Assembly: GCA_017527435.1 (NCBI GenBank)
Contig: JAFXQB010000001.1
Span: 4,696-68,695 of the forward strand
Direction: 5' to 3'
Origin: Salinivirgaceae bacterium
Lineage (GTDB): Bacteria > Bacteroidota > Bacteroidia > Bacteroidales > SZUA-534
Length of the DNA: 64,000 nucleotides
The notes beneath the pieces are model-generated. The model searched no databases, was not told where the DNA came from, and was given only the letters and a program-made list of their open reading frames with translations. Shown in pieces: positions 55,286 through 64,000 of this stretch (position 1 is the stretch's first letter; each line of letters begins with the position of its first letter). The position numbers were made by a program, and so were the translations under genes.

Positions 55286-55858
55286 ATGGCAAAACAGACC
55301 TGGCGACCTGGAACAATGATTTATCCGCTACCTGCGGTGTTGGTGAGTTGCGGACGGCCCGATGGCGAGCGCAACGTTTTCACCGCTTCGTGGACGGGCA
55401 CCATCTGTTCCGACCCGCCGATGTGCTACGTGTCAATCCGCAAAAGCCGCCACTCGTACAATATTATTAAAGAAACGGGTGAATTTGTAATCAATCTGAC
55501 TAACAGCGAGTTGGCGAAAGCCACCGACTGGTGCGGCGTGAAATCGGGACGCGAAGTGGACAAGTTTGAAGCGATGGGGTTGACGCCAATCAAAGCTACT
55601 CAAGTTGCCGCCCCGATGATAGACGAATCGCCCGTCAATATTGAGTGCAAAGTGGTTGAGATTAAGGAACTTGGCTCGCACGATATGTTCATCGCCAACG
55701 TTGTAGCCGTGAACGCCGACGAGAAATATATGAATCCCAAAACGGGCGCATTTGACCTTGGCGCGGCCGATATGATTGCCTATATGCACGGCCAATACTA
55801 CAAGTTGGGCAAACGGATTGGCAAATTCGGGTGGACGGTTGAGAAGAAACGCAAATAA
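55286..55858 (+). CDS. flavin reductase-like domain protein
   Basis: ATG 55286 (MAKQTWRPGTMIYPLPAVLVSCG...NVFTASW...). Confidence 0.75.
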   Translation: MAKQTWRPGTMIYPLPAVLVSCGRPDGERNVFTASWTGTICSDPPMCYVSIRKSRHSYNIIKETGEFVINLTNSELAKATDWCGVKSGREVDKFEAMGLTPIKATQVAAPMIDESPVNIECKVVEIKELGSHDMFIANVVAVNADEKYMNPKTGAFDLGAADMIAYMHGQYYKLGKRIGKFGWTVEKKRK

Positions 55859-55900
55859 GATTTGGTTAACAGTTGAAATTCAGCGTTTTTCGGTAGAAAT

Positions 55901-57712
55901 ATGATTGGCAGCATAAAATCGATTTTCAAACTTCGCATCAAGATTCCGTTTATTGAGCGGCTTCACATCTGGCGCGGCATACATCTGACTGAAAATCAGT
56001 TTATTCTGATTTTAAGTTTTGTTGTCGGCCTGTTGAGCGGACTGGCTGCCGTGATTCTGAAAAACACCATCCACCTGACATATCAGTTTGTGCTTAAGGC
56101 AATTAACTCGGGATTCGGAAGTTACATCTACCTTGCGTTGCCTGCCGTGGGTATTCTGCTCACCACGCTCTGGATAAAATTCCACGTAAAAGACAACATC
56201 TCGCACGGAATCACACGCGTATTATTCTGTATATCACGCAAAAACGGCATCATCAAGGCGCACAACACCTACACAGGCATTGTGGGCAGTTCGCTCACCA
56301 TCGGGTTTGGTGGTTCGGTTGGTGCCGAAGCACCGATAGTGCTCACTGGCGCGGCCATCGGCAGCAATCTGGCGCGGCTTTTCAAACTTAATTATAAGCA
56401 AGTTATACTGATGATTGGCTGCGGCGCCGCGGGTGCTGTGGCTGGCATTTTCAAGGCCCCGATTGCGGGGTTGGTCTTCACTCTGGAAGTGCTGATGCTC
56501 GATATGACAATGGCTTCGCTGGCGCCGCTCTTGATTTCGGCCGTCACAGCCACGCTGATGTCGTACTTTTTCCTTGGCAGCGAAGCCACGCTCTGCACCC
56601 TTCCGCAACCGCCCACCTTCGAACTGCACAATATTCCACTCTATCTGATACTTGGCGTGGCCGCTGGACTCATCGGCTGGTACTTCACGGCAACATCGAT
56701 GCGGATGGAAAAATGGTTCAGCAAGATACTGAACCCGTGGAAGAAAATCGCCATCGGCGGTGTGATTCTGGGGCTGCTCATCTGGCTTTTTCCGCCGCTC
56801 TTCGGCGAAGGTTATGATGCTCTGCGCGAGATACTTACGGGTGATGGCCTGCGCATTCTCGACCACTCAATGTTCGGTCAGTTTGGCGACGGCGTCTGGG
56901 TGGTTGTTGCATACTGCGCTCTAATGCTGATTTTCAAAGTGATAGCCACATCGGCAACCACAGGCGCGGGCGGCATTGGCGGTGTGTTCGCACCATCGCT
57001 CTTTATGGGCGGCGTGCTCGGCTATATGATGGCGCATCTGCTTAACTGTCTGGATTTTATCAGCGTAAGCGAAGTGAATTTCGCCCTTGTCGGGATGGCC
57101 GCTTTTATGTCGGCACTGATGCACGCGCCGCTCACAGGCATCTTCCTGATTGCCGAAATCACGGGCGGATACAATCTGTTTGTTCCGCTGATGGTGGCGT
57201 CGGTAAGTGCTTATGTCACAATCTATTACTTTGAACCGCACAGCATCTACACCAAACGTCTCGCGCAAAGCGGCGACCTGATAACCCACAACAAAGACCG
57301 CGCCGCCCTGACGCTGATGCGTCTTGAAAAGGAAGTTGAGCACGACCTGACCGAAGTGGGTCCCGACCAAACTCTGCGCGACCTTGTGAACGCCATCTCG
57401 CACTCGCGCCGCAACATTTTCCCCGTGGTCGATGAAGAAGGCAAACTGATGGGAATCGTCCTGCTCGACGACATCCGCAAGATAATGTTCAACACCGAGA
57501 TGTACGACAACACCTATATTTATGAGTTGATGGTGATGCCGCCCGACACCGTGAAAACCACCGACACAATGGATGTGGTGATGGAAAAATTCGAAAAATC
57601 AGGCGCCTGGAACCTGCCCGTCATCAAAAACGGATTGTATATGGGATATATCTCAAAATCAAAAATTTATACCGCATACCGCAAGGTGCTGCTGAATTTT
57701 GCGGAAGAATAG
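55901..57712 (+). CDS. ClC-family chloride channel/antiporter with C-terminal CBS pair
   Basis: GSVGAEAPIV (gating Glu region), GGVFAPSLFMG, CBS-like tail. Confidence 0.85.
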   Translation: MIGSIKSIFKLRIKIPFIERLHIWRGIHLTENQFILILSFVVGLLSGLAAVILKNTIHLTYQFVLKAINSGFGSYIYLALPAVGILLTTLWIKFHVKDNISHGITRVLFCISRKNGIIKAHNTYTGIVGSSLTIGFGGSVGAEAPIVLTGAAIGSNLARLFKLNYKQVILMIGCGAAGAVAGIFKAPIAGLVFTLEVLMLDMTMASLAPLLISAVTATLMSYFFLGSEATLCTLPQPPTFELHNIPLYLILGVAAGLIGWYFTATSMRMEKWFSKILNPWKKIAIGGVILGLLIWLFPPLFGEGYDALREILTGDGLRILDHSMFGQFGDGVWVVVAYCALMLIFKVIATSATTGAGGIGGVFAPSLFMGGVLGYMMAHLLNCLDFISVSEVNFALVGMAAFMSALMHAPLTGIFLIAEITGGYNLFVPLMVASVSAYVTIYYFEPHSIYTKRLAQSGDLITHNKDRAALTLMRLEKEVEHDLTEVGPDQTLRDLVNAISHSRRNIFPVVDEEGKLMGIVLLDDIRKIMFNTEMYDNTYIYELMVMPPDTVKTTDTMDVVMEKFEKSGAWNLPVIKNGLYMGYISKSKIYTAYRKVLLNFAEE

Positions 57713-57787
57713 TGGCGGCCAAATAAATCTACATGTAAAAGTTCCTAACCCCACTCATCTATTTTTATCGCCGATCCGAAAAACGTT

Positions 57788-57841
57788 GTTGCATAAACTA
57801 TTTGAAAGTTTGCAATAAATCAATCAGTTAGTTTATGCAAC
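57788..57841 (+). promoter_or_regulatory. 13-bp perfect inverted repeat in the nhaD leader
   Basis: GTTGCATAAACTA (57788-57800) and TAGTTTATGCAAC (57829-57841), separated by a 28-nt spacer. Confidence 0.5.
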
Positions 57842-57953
57842 CAATCGGTTTTATCAATCGATATTATAGAAAAATACCATAATCATTATAGGATTAATGG
57901 TTCTTGAACCACTAATTTTGCGCCCGAAAAATTGGGGATAAAAGCACATTGAT

Positions 57954-59351
57954 ATGTTTGCAGTTATGATTTTGGTGTTCGTGCTTGGCTACCTTGCCAT
58001 TGCAATGGAACACCCGTTCAGAATTGACAAAGCAGCACCGGCACTTTTTATTGGAGCCGCTTTGTGGGCAATTTACGCACTGGGCGCCGACAGCATTCTG
58101 TCGCTCGGCCACAGTGCCGCGTGGGCAAAGTACTCGCAAAATCTCGCCGACGGACTCACCGACGAAAACATTCATTCGTTTTTCAACTACGAACTTATTC
58201 ACCATCTGGGGGATACGGCCGAAATCCTGTTCTTCCTGCTTGGCGCGATGACCATTGTCGAAACCGTTGACCGCCACCGCGGATTCAAGGTCATCACCGA
58301 CAAAATCAAAACCACCAACAAGGTCAAACTGCTGTGGATTTTGAGCATTCTGACGTTCTTCATGAGTGCCATTCTCGACAACCTGACAACCACCATTGTA
58401 ATGGTTGCCCTACTTCGCAAACTTGTTGCCGACCAAAAAACGCGCTGGTTCTACGCTAGTATGATTGTGATTGCTGCAAACGCAGGTGGTGCATGGTCGC
58501 CCATCGGTGACGTCACAACCATTATGCTTTGGATTGGCGGACAGGTTACAACCGAAAAAATCATCTTCGAAGTATTCCTTCCATCGCTCATCTGCCTGTG
58601 CATCCCGCTGACAATCTTGAGCTTCACGTTCAAGGGCGAAATTGCGCGCCCCACCGACGAATCGATGGACAAGGATGATTGGGGCACATCGCCACGCACA
58701 CAAAAGGCGATGCTTGTACTTGGTGTTGGCGGTCTGTTGTTTGTACCTGTGTTTAAAACAGTTACACATCTTCCGCCATACCTTGGAATGCTGTTGAGCC
58801 TTTCAATTGTGTGGGCCATCACCGAGATTATTCACAAGAATCACGCCCCGGGCATAAAAAACAAATTGCGTCCGACATACATTCTGACACATATCGACAC
58901 GCCCACCATTCTGTTCTTCCTGGGCATTTTGCTGGCCGTTTCGGCATTACAGTCGGCAGGCCATCTTTCGCTTCTGTCGAATGCGCTTGACGGCTGTTTC
59001 AAAGATGCGACAGGCGGTGTTTTCATTATCGATGTCATCATTGGCGTGTTGTCGTCGGTGGTTGATAACGTGCCACTTGTGGCTGGCGCGATGGGTATGT
59101 ACCCCGTTGAAGCCGCCGATGCCGTGGGCTACGCAGCCAATTTTGTGCAGAACGGCCCATTCTGGGAATTCCTGGCCTACACCGCCGGAACGGGTGGTAG
59201 CATGCTCATTATCGGTTCGGCCGCAGGTGTTGCTGCAATGGGCTTGGAGAAAATCGACTTCATCTGGTACTTGAAAAACGTGTCATGGCTCGCTCTCATC
59301 GGCTATGCCGCCGGCGCAGCATTCTTTGTCACGATGTGTGTGATTAGCTGA
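57954..59351 (+). CDS. NhaD-type Na+/H+ antiporter (ArsB/NhaD superfamily)
   Basis: 465-aa polytopic protein with an N-terminus typical of NhaD (MEHPFRIDKAAPALFIGAALW). Confidence 0.75.
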   Translation: MFAVMILVFVLGYLAIAMEHPFRIDKAAPALFIGAALWAIYALGADSILSLGHSAAWAKYSQNLADGLTDENIHSFFNYELIHHLGDTAEILFFLLGAMTIVETVDRHRGFKVITDKIKTTNKVKLLWILSILTFFMSAILDNLTTTIVMVALLRKLVADQKTRWFYASMIVIAANAGGAWSPIGDVTTIMLWIGGQVTTEKIIFEVFLPSLICLCIPLTILSFTFKGEIARPTDESMDKDDWGTSPRTQKAMLVLGVGGLLFVPVFKTVTHLPPYLGMLLSLSIVWAITEIIHKNHAPGIKNKLRPTYILTHIDTPTILFFLGILLAVSALQSAGHLSLLSNALDGCFKDATGGVFIIDVIIGVLSSVVDNVPLVAGAMGMYPVEAADAVGYAANFVQNGPFWEFLAYTAGTGGSMLIIGSAAGVAAMGLEKIDFIWYLKNVSWLALIGYAAGAAFFVTMCVIS

Positions 59352-59390
59352 TGCTTATAAAAGTTTAGGGTTATATAATAAGTGAGAAAG

Positions 59391-59424
59391 CAGGACTCGA
59401 CCGAAAAGTTGGGTCCTGTTTTTG
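59391..59424 (+). terminator. intrinsic terminator after nhaD
   Basis: CAGGACTCGAC...GTTGGGTCCTG stem followed by TTTTTGTTT. Confidence 0.7.
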
Positions 59425-59506
59425 TTTATGGCAAACCGATCAAACGAATAAAGTTGGATTATTGACTATTTCTCATTTTAGCAATTAAACAATCATTTCA
59501 ACTTGC

Positions 59507-59518
59507 TCAACCGATTAA
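59507..59518 (+). repeat. 12-bp direct repeat TCAACCGATTAA (left copy)
   Basis: Exact match to 60507-60518. Confidence 0.9.
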
Positions 59519-59549
59519 GATATGTATCTTTCGGGAAAGAATAACAGCA

Positions 59550-60506
59550 ATGGCAACAGACACTGTATCAAGCAAAACCACATCGCGCATTGATGAACTG
59601 GACTACTTGAAATGCATAATGATAATCCTGATGATTAGTTTTCATCTGGTCTACATCGAAGAGTTGCACCCATACGCGAAACAGGTTGTTTACACGTTTC
59701 ATATGCCTGTTTTTATGCTGATTTCGGGCTATTTGATGAAGATTGACAAAGCGGCCAAAGCTTTTTTTCGTACAATACTCTGGCTTGCAGTGCCTTACAT
59801 TGTTATGGAAAGCGGCTACACAGTGATGGCGTCGATGCTGCCAATTCGTGAGCATATCGACAATCTCACACTTGGCGTATTTCTTAACAAATTGCTAATC
59901 AATCCACTTGGACCATACTGGTATCTTCATTCGCTGATTCTGTGCGGAATCACCTATTACGGATTGTTCCACATATCCAAAATTCAAAATCTCACAAGAT
60001 TCATATTATTGGGAATCAGTTACTTTCTATATTCAAAAATAGGTATTGTATCAATGCCGCTGGCATTCTATTTCCTTGCTGGCACTATAATCCGGCAAAG
60101 CTCGTTCGAGTTTCTTCAGATTTTCAGACCGTCGTTTCTTTCTTTGCCGGCAATAATCCTGCTAATCATCAATCCCGACAACCTGCACGCCGGCTCAATT
60201 GGCGGCGTCTTGATTGTTTATCTCACTGTCAGTCTTTGTCTTGCCGTCTATCCATACCTAAAAAACAAACTACGCAGCGGGATGCTGTTCATTGGGCGGA
60301 ACACCTTGCCGATTTTCCTTTTCTCGCCCATCTTCACCATCATCTGCAAGCAACTTATTCCCGCACTTTCATTCGACCCAACCGGGATGTTGTTTCTTCT
60401 CGCATCGGTGCTGATATGCGTAAGCGGAAGCGTTGCCATCAGCTGGTTAATCGATTTTTGCAGACTGTCACCATTTTTTATCGGACGGGCAAAAATCATC
60501 AGTTAA
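59550..60506 (+). CDS. membrane acyltransferase (acyltransferase_3 family)
   Basis: LDYLKCIMIILMISFHL...FHMPVFMLISGYL; multi-TM; visibly AT-rich. Confidence 0.75.
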   Translation: MATDTVSSKTTSRIDELDYLKCIMIILMISFHLVYIEELHPYAKQVVYTFHMPVFMLISGYLMKIDKAAKAFFRTILWLAVPYIVMESGYTVMASMLPIREHIDNLTLGVFLNKLLINPLGPYWYLHSLILCGITYYGLFHISKIQNLTRFILLGISYFLYSKIGIVSMPLAFYFLAGTIIRQSSFEFLQIFRPSFLSLPAIILLIINPDNLHAGSIGGVLIVYLTVSLCLAVYPYLKNKLRSGMLFIGRNTLPIFLFSPIFTIICKQLIPALSFDPTGMLFLLASVLICVSGSVAISWLIDFCRLSPFFIGRAKIIS

Positions 60507-60518
60507 TCAACCGATTAA
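60507..60518 (+). repeat. 12-bp direct repeat TCAACCGATTAA (right copy)
   Basis: Starts on the nucleotide after the acyltransferase stop codon. Confidence 0.9.
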
Positions 60519-60567
60519 CCTGCAGCTTATGCTTTCGCCCGATTTTCGTTATTACCAATTTTTAAAC

Positions 60568-60575
60568 TACATTTG
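60568..60575 (+). promoter_or_regulatory. candidate -7 box TACATTTG for folE
   Basis: Followed by C; 17 nt before ATG 60593. Confidence 0.45.
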
Positions 60576-60592
60576 CAGTTCAACTTTCCGCA

Positions 60593-61258
60593 ATGAGTGA
60601 CGATCGCTTCATTCATCGGATTTTTTTGAAAGATATGAATATAGACGAAATCGACGACTTCAGTTACCGACGCAAAAATGAGTACAATGCCGAGCAAACA
60701 TCGGCACTGACCGACCTTTACCGTCAGGTTCTCATCAACATTGGCGAAAATCCTGAACGCGAAGGGCTGAAAAAATCGCCCGAACGCATTGCCAAGGCCG
60801 TGCAGTTCCTGACGCAGGGCTACTATCAGGACCCGAAAGCCATTCTCGAAAGCGCGATGTTCAAAGAGCAATACTCGCAGATGGTGATTGTCAAGGACAT
60901 AGAAGTGTTCTCGTTCTGCGAGCACCATATGCTGCCGTTCTTCGGGAAGGCGCACGTGGCCTACATTCCGAACGGCTACATTACCGGCTTGAGCAAGATT
61001 GCGCGTGTGGTTGACGCCTACTCGCGGCGGCTTCAGGTGCAGGAACGGCTCACAAACCAAATCAAAGACTGCATTCAGCAGACGCTTCACCCGCTTGGCG
61101 TGGCGGTGGTGATTGAAGCGCAACATATGTGTATGATGATGCGCGGCGTTGAGAAACAGGAATCGTGCACCACCACATCGGCTTTCACCGGATTGTTTAT
61201 GAAAAGCAACGCCACCCGCGCCGAATTCATAAATCTTTTAGGCAAGAAACTTCATTGA
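60593..61258 (+). CDS. folE: GTP cyclohydrolase I
   Basis: [17 protein letters not shown] and GLSKIARVV motifs. Confidence 0.9.
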   Translation: MSDDRFIHRIFLKDMNIDEIDDFSYRRKNEYNAEQTSALTDLYRQVLINIGENPEREGLKKSPERIAKAVQFLTQGYYQDPKAILESAMFKEQYSQMVIVKDIEVFSFCEHHMLPFFGKAHVAYIPNGYITGLSKIARVVDAYSRRLQVQERLTNQIKDCIQQTLHPLGVAVVIEAQHMCMMMRGVEKQESCTTTSAFTGLFMKSNATRAEFINLLGKKLH

Positions 61259-61299
61259 TTTTGGCACAAGAATTGTGTTTCGATGTTTCGAGATTATAA

Positions 61300-61336
61300 G
61301 TAGAGACGCGGCGCGCCACGTCTCTACGGTTTGTTT
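61300..61336 (+). terminator. intrinsic terminator after folE
   Basis: GTAGAGACG (61300-61308) / CGTCTCTAC (61319-61327), followed by GGTTTGTTT. Confidence 0.65.
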
Positions 61337-61382
61337 GGAATCTCAATTTGAAACTTCGAAATTTTAAACATATTACATTGAA

Positions 61383-62276
61383 ATGAAAGCATTTGTATTC
61401 CCCGGACAGGGGTCGCAATTTGTGGGTATGGGCAAGGACCTGTACGACAATTCGGCTTTGGCCAAAGAACTTTTCGACCGCGCAAACAAGATTCTCGGCT
61501 TCGACATTACAAGCCTGATGTTCAGCGGCACCGACGACGATTTGAAACAAACAAAAGTAACGCAACCCGCCGTTTTCCTGCACTCGGTGATTATGGCTAA
61601 AGTGCTGGGCGACAAGTTCAAACCCGATATGACCGCAGGCCATTCACTTGGCGAATTTTCAGCTTTGGTGGCTGCCGGCGCTCTGTCGTTCGACGATGGT
61701 CTGACCTTGGTTTCGAAACGTGCGCAGGCAATGCAGAAGGCTTGCGAGCTGAATCCATCGACAATGGCGGCAATCATTGGTATGGAAGATGCTGTTATTG
61801 AGCAAGTTTGCTCTGAAATCGACGGCATTGTTCCGGCCAACTACAACTGCCCCGGACAATTGGTTATTTCGGGCACCAACGAAGGTATCGACAAGGCCAT
61901 TGCCCGATTCACCGAAATGGGCGCCAAACGTGCGCTGAAATTGTCGGTGAGCGGCGGTTTCCACTCGCCAATGATGGAACCGGCCCGCGCCGAACTCGAG
62001 AAAGCTATCAACGAAGTGTCGTTCTCGAAACCTGTTTGCCCTGTTTACCAAAACGTAACAGCAAGTCCTGTGACCGACCCGGCTGAAATAAAGAAAAACC
62101 TTGTGGCCCAACTCACATCGCCGGTACGTTGGACACAGACAATTCAGAATATGATTGCCAATGGTCTGACAGAGATTGTCGAAGTTGGTCCGGGTGCTGT
62201 TCTTCAGGGACTTATGCGCAAAATCAACCGCGAGATTCCGGCCACTGCAGCACAAAGTTTGATTGAACAGGCATAA
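61383..62276 (+). CDS. fabD: malonyl-CoA:ACP transacylase
   Basis: FVFPGQGSQFVGMG and GHSLGEFSALV motifs. Confidence 0.95.
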   Translation: MKAFVFPGQGSQFVGMGKDLYDNSALAKELFDRANKILGFDITSLMFSGTDDDLKQTKVTQPAVFLHSVIMAKVLGDKFKPDMTAGHSLGEFSALVAAGALSFDDGLTLVSKRAQAMQKACELNPSTMAAIIGMEDAVIEQVCSEIDGIVPANYNCPGQLVISGTNEGIDKAIARFTEMGAKRALKLSVSGGFHSPMMEPARAELEKAINEVSFSKPVCPVYQNVTASPVTDPAEIKKNLVAQLTSPVRWTQTIQNMIANGLTEIVEVGPGAVLQGLMRKINREIPATAAQSLIEQA

Positions 62277-62302
62277 AACAACTGTAAATAAACACATTAG
62301 AT

Positions 62303-62342
62303 AGCGAAGCCCTTGGTAGCAACCGGGGGCTTTGCTGTTTTA
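62303..62342 (+). terminator. intrinsic terminator after fabD
   Basis: AGCGAAGCCC (62303-62312) pairs with GGGCTTTGCT (62327-62336), followed by a T-rich run. Confidence 0.6.
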
Positions 62343-62391
62343 TACGGTAGAACTATTTTCCGGAATTTTCGCACAATCAAGAACAATTGTC

Positions 62392-62399
62392 TATTTTTG
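62392..62399 (+). promoter_or_regulatory. candidate -7 box TATTTTTG for the Lrp-family gene
   Basis: Followed by C; 30 nt before ATG 62430. Confidence 0.4.
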
Positions 62400-62429
62400 C
62401 ATCCATAAAGAAGATAAATTCTGACAATT

Positions 62430-62894
62430 ATGGCATACACATTAGACGAAACCGATTTGCAGATTCTCAAAACACTGCAAAAGAACGCAAAACTCACCAC
62501 CAAGGAACTAGCCGACGCCGTGCACCTGACGCCAACACCGGTGTTCGAACGGCAGAAACGGCTTGAGCGGCAGGGGTACATCAAAAAATATGTGGCCATT
62601 CTCGACCCCGACAAACTCAACCAAAGCCTGCTAGTGTACTGCAAGGTGAAAATGGCGCAGATAAACAACGCCATTGCCACCGCCTTTGCGCGGCAGATTA
62701 TGCGTATGCCCGAAGTGACAGAATGTTACAACACATCGGGCTCGTACGACTATCTGCTCAAGGTGCGCGCCACCGATATGAAACAGTATCAGGAATTTGT
62801 GCTCAACAAGTTGGGCGTTATCGAGAACGTGGCGTCGGTTGAGAGCACATTTGTGATGGGCGAAATCAAGCAGGAATACGCGCTGCAACTTTAG
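62430..62894 (+). CDS. Lrp/AsnC-family transcriptional regulator
   Basis: N-terminal HTH (LTTKELADAVHLTPTPVFERQKRLERQGYI) plus a RAM-like C-terminal domain. Confidence 0.85.
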   Translation: MAYTLDETDLQILKTLQKNAKLTTKELADAVHLTPTPVFERQKRLERQGYIKKYVAILDPDKLNQSLLVYCKVKMAQINNAIATAFARQIMRMPEVTECYNTSGSYDYLLKVRATDMKQYQEFVLNKLGVIENVASVESTFVMGEIKQEYALQL

Positions 62895-62952
62895 GCTGCA
62901 TTGGACTCAAGCGGATTCTGAAAATAGGGCAACAGAAGTGCGTCAATGAGTG

Positions 62953-63018
62953 CAGGCAGAAATCACTTTCTGCGCACAAAAAAAAACGGATTCCTACGAT
63001 TCGGGAAATCCGCTTTTC
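62953..63018. terminator. two hairpins between the convergent lrp-family and cysE genes
   Basis: GCAGAAA/TTTCTGC (62956-62973). Then A9, then CGGATTCC...GGAAATCCG (62987-63012), then a T-run. The layout is bidirectional. Confidence 0.6.
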
Positions 63019-63046
63019 AATGAAAAAGAAATCTTTTAGGTTACTC

Positions 63047-63940
63047 TTATACTCCAGCACCGTCAGAAAACGATTCGGAAACGGCGCGCTGCTGAACAAT
63101 CTTCGAGTGGGGTTTGACACTCTCTGTGAGCCAAATGTTGCCGCCGACAATGGTGTCGTGGCCAATGGTAATGCGTCCCAGAATCGAAGAATTTGAATAA
63201 ATGGTAACATTGTCCTCAATAATCGGGTGGCGCGGGGTGTTCACAGGTTGACCGCTATCGTTGTAGGTGAATTTCTTCGCACCAAGCGTAACACCCTGAT
63301 ATAGAGTTACGTGATTCCCAATAATACAAGTCTCGCCTATCACCACACCTGTTCCGTGGTCGATTGAGAAATACTCACCGATTTCGGCGCCAGGGTGAAT
63401 GTCGATACCCGTTGCCGAGTGGGCCATTTCGGTTATGATACGCGGCAGAACGGGCACTTTGAGTTTCAGCAGTGAGTGAGCCACGCGGTAGTGAACCATA
63501 GCCTGCATTATGGGGTAGCAGAAGATTATCTCGCTGTAAGCCGTCACTGCGGGGTCCGATTTGAACATCGCCTCAATGTCGGTGTAGAGCATCCGTTTGA
63601 TTTCGGGCAGATTGTTGACAAACTGAAGCGCTATCTGCTCAACTTCATCGTCCGATTTTCCTCCGTTGAAACAACTGAAACTCAACGAAATCTGTTCTTC
63701 GATTTCTTCAATCAGTTTTTCCATATTGATACCGACATGGTAAAAACGGCTCTCGCGGCTGCCAACGCCCGAACCGAAGAATCCAGGGAAAAATATCTGT
63801 TTCAGCAATTCGATTATATGCCGTACGGAATCGATTGAAGGCAATTGGTCTCCCTCTGTACGCATCTTCTTCTCTTCGTCTGATATGTTTGACAGCAATA
63901 CAACATTACGCGATAATACTTCTTTTCTATTCATTGCCAA
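63047..63940 (-). CDS. cysE: serine O-acetyltransferase (long Bacteroidota form)
   Basis: Hexapeptide-repeat core IDIHPGAEIGEYFSIDHGTGVVIGETCIIGNHVTLYQGVTLG. Confidence 0.85.
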   Translation of the reverse strand: MAMNRKEVLSRNVVLLSNISDEEKKMRTEGDQLPSIDSVRHIIELLKQIFFPGFFGSGVGSRESRFYHVGINMEKLIEEIEEQISLSFSCFNGGKSDDEVEQIALQFVNNLPEIKRMLYTDIEAMFKSDPAVTAYSEIIFCYPIMQAMVHYRVAHSLLKLKVPVLPRIITEMAHSATGIDIHPGAEIGEYFSIDHGTGVVIGETCIIGNHVTLYQGVTLGAKKFTYNDSGQPVNTPRHPIIEDNVTIYSNSSILGRITIGHDTIVGGNIWLTESVKPHSKIVQQRAVSESFSDGAGV

Positions 63941-64000
63941 TAATTTAATGTTGGGTTTGAAACTACGGCGACTTTGTCAAATTTCATATTCAATTTGAAA

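Noticed and set aside
59942-60565. 207-aa plus-strand ORF in an alternative frame of the acyltransferase gene
   Set aside because: It overlaps the motif-bearing acyltransferase frame on the same strand, and its product is basic and low-complexity.

Overview
64-kb chromosomal segment that looks like a Bacteroidales (Bacteroidota) genome. Evidence: TAnnTTTG(C) -7 promoter boxes, no Shine-Dalgarno sequences, iorAB-paaK, a Na+-pumping methylmalonyl-CoA decarboxylase operon, and SprB-type repeats. I call about 47 protein genes and see no rRNA, tRNA, CRISPR, transposase or integrase. Most of it is housekeeping (thrS-infC-rpmI-rplT, dapB, lepB, folE, fabD, cysE, add, dcp). Four things stand out. (1) The left 11 kb is a two-gene minus-strand locus. 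It encodes a 1536-aa secreted orphan protein, then a signal-peptide protein of more than 2050 codons with SprB repeats. That second gene runs off the window and is missing from the supplied ORF track. A low-GC block of about 5 kb straddles the junction of the two genes. (2) A minus-strand glycopolymer locus (flippase, GT2, LicD, IspD/TarI-like cytidylyltransferase, SDR, TagB/F-like transferase) lies convergent with a YfhO-like membrane protein. Together these resemble a teichoic-acid-like ribitol-phosphate toolkit in a Gram-negative. (3) A family of strand-asymmetric intergenic spacers: a C-free block directly after stop codons, a G-free block before the next start, shared words and ATAGCTAT-core palindromes. 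One copy splits iorA from iorB. (4) Small low-GC accessory insertions: an orphan membrane protein next to a COG1373-type ATPase with a 23-bp tandem repeat, and an acyltransferase flanked by a 12-bp direct repeat exactly 1000 bp apart. All functional calls come from motif recognition by eye. No database search, folding or statistics could be run.
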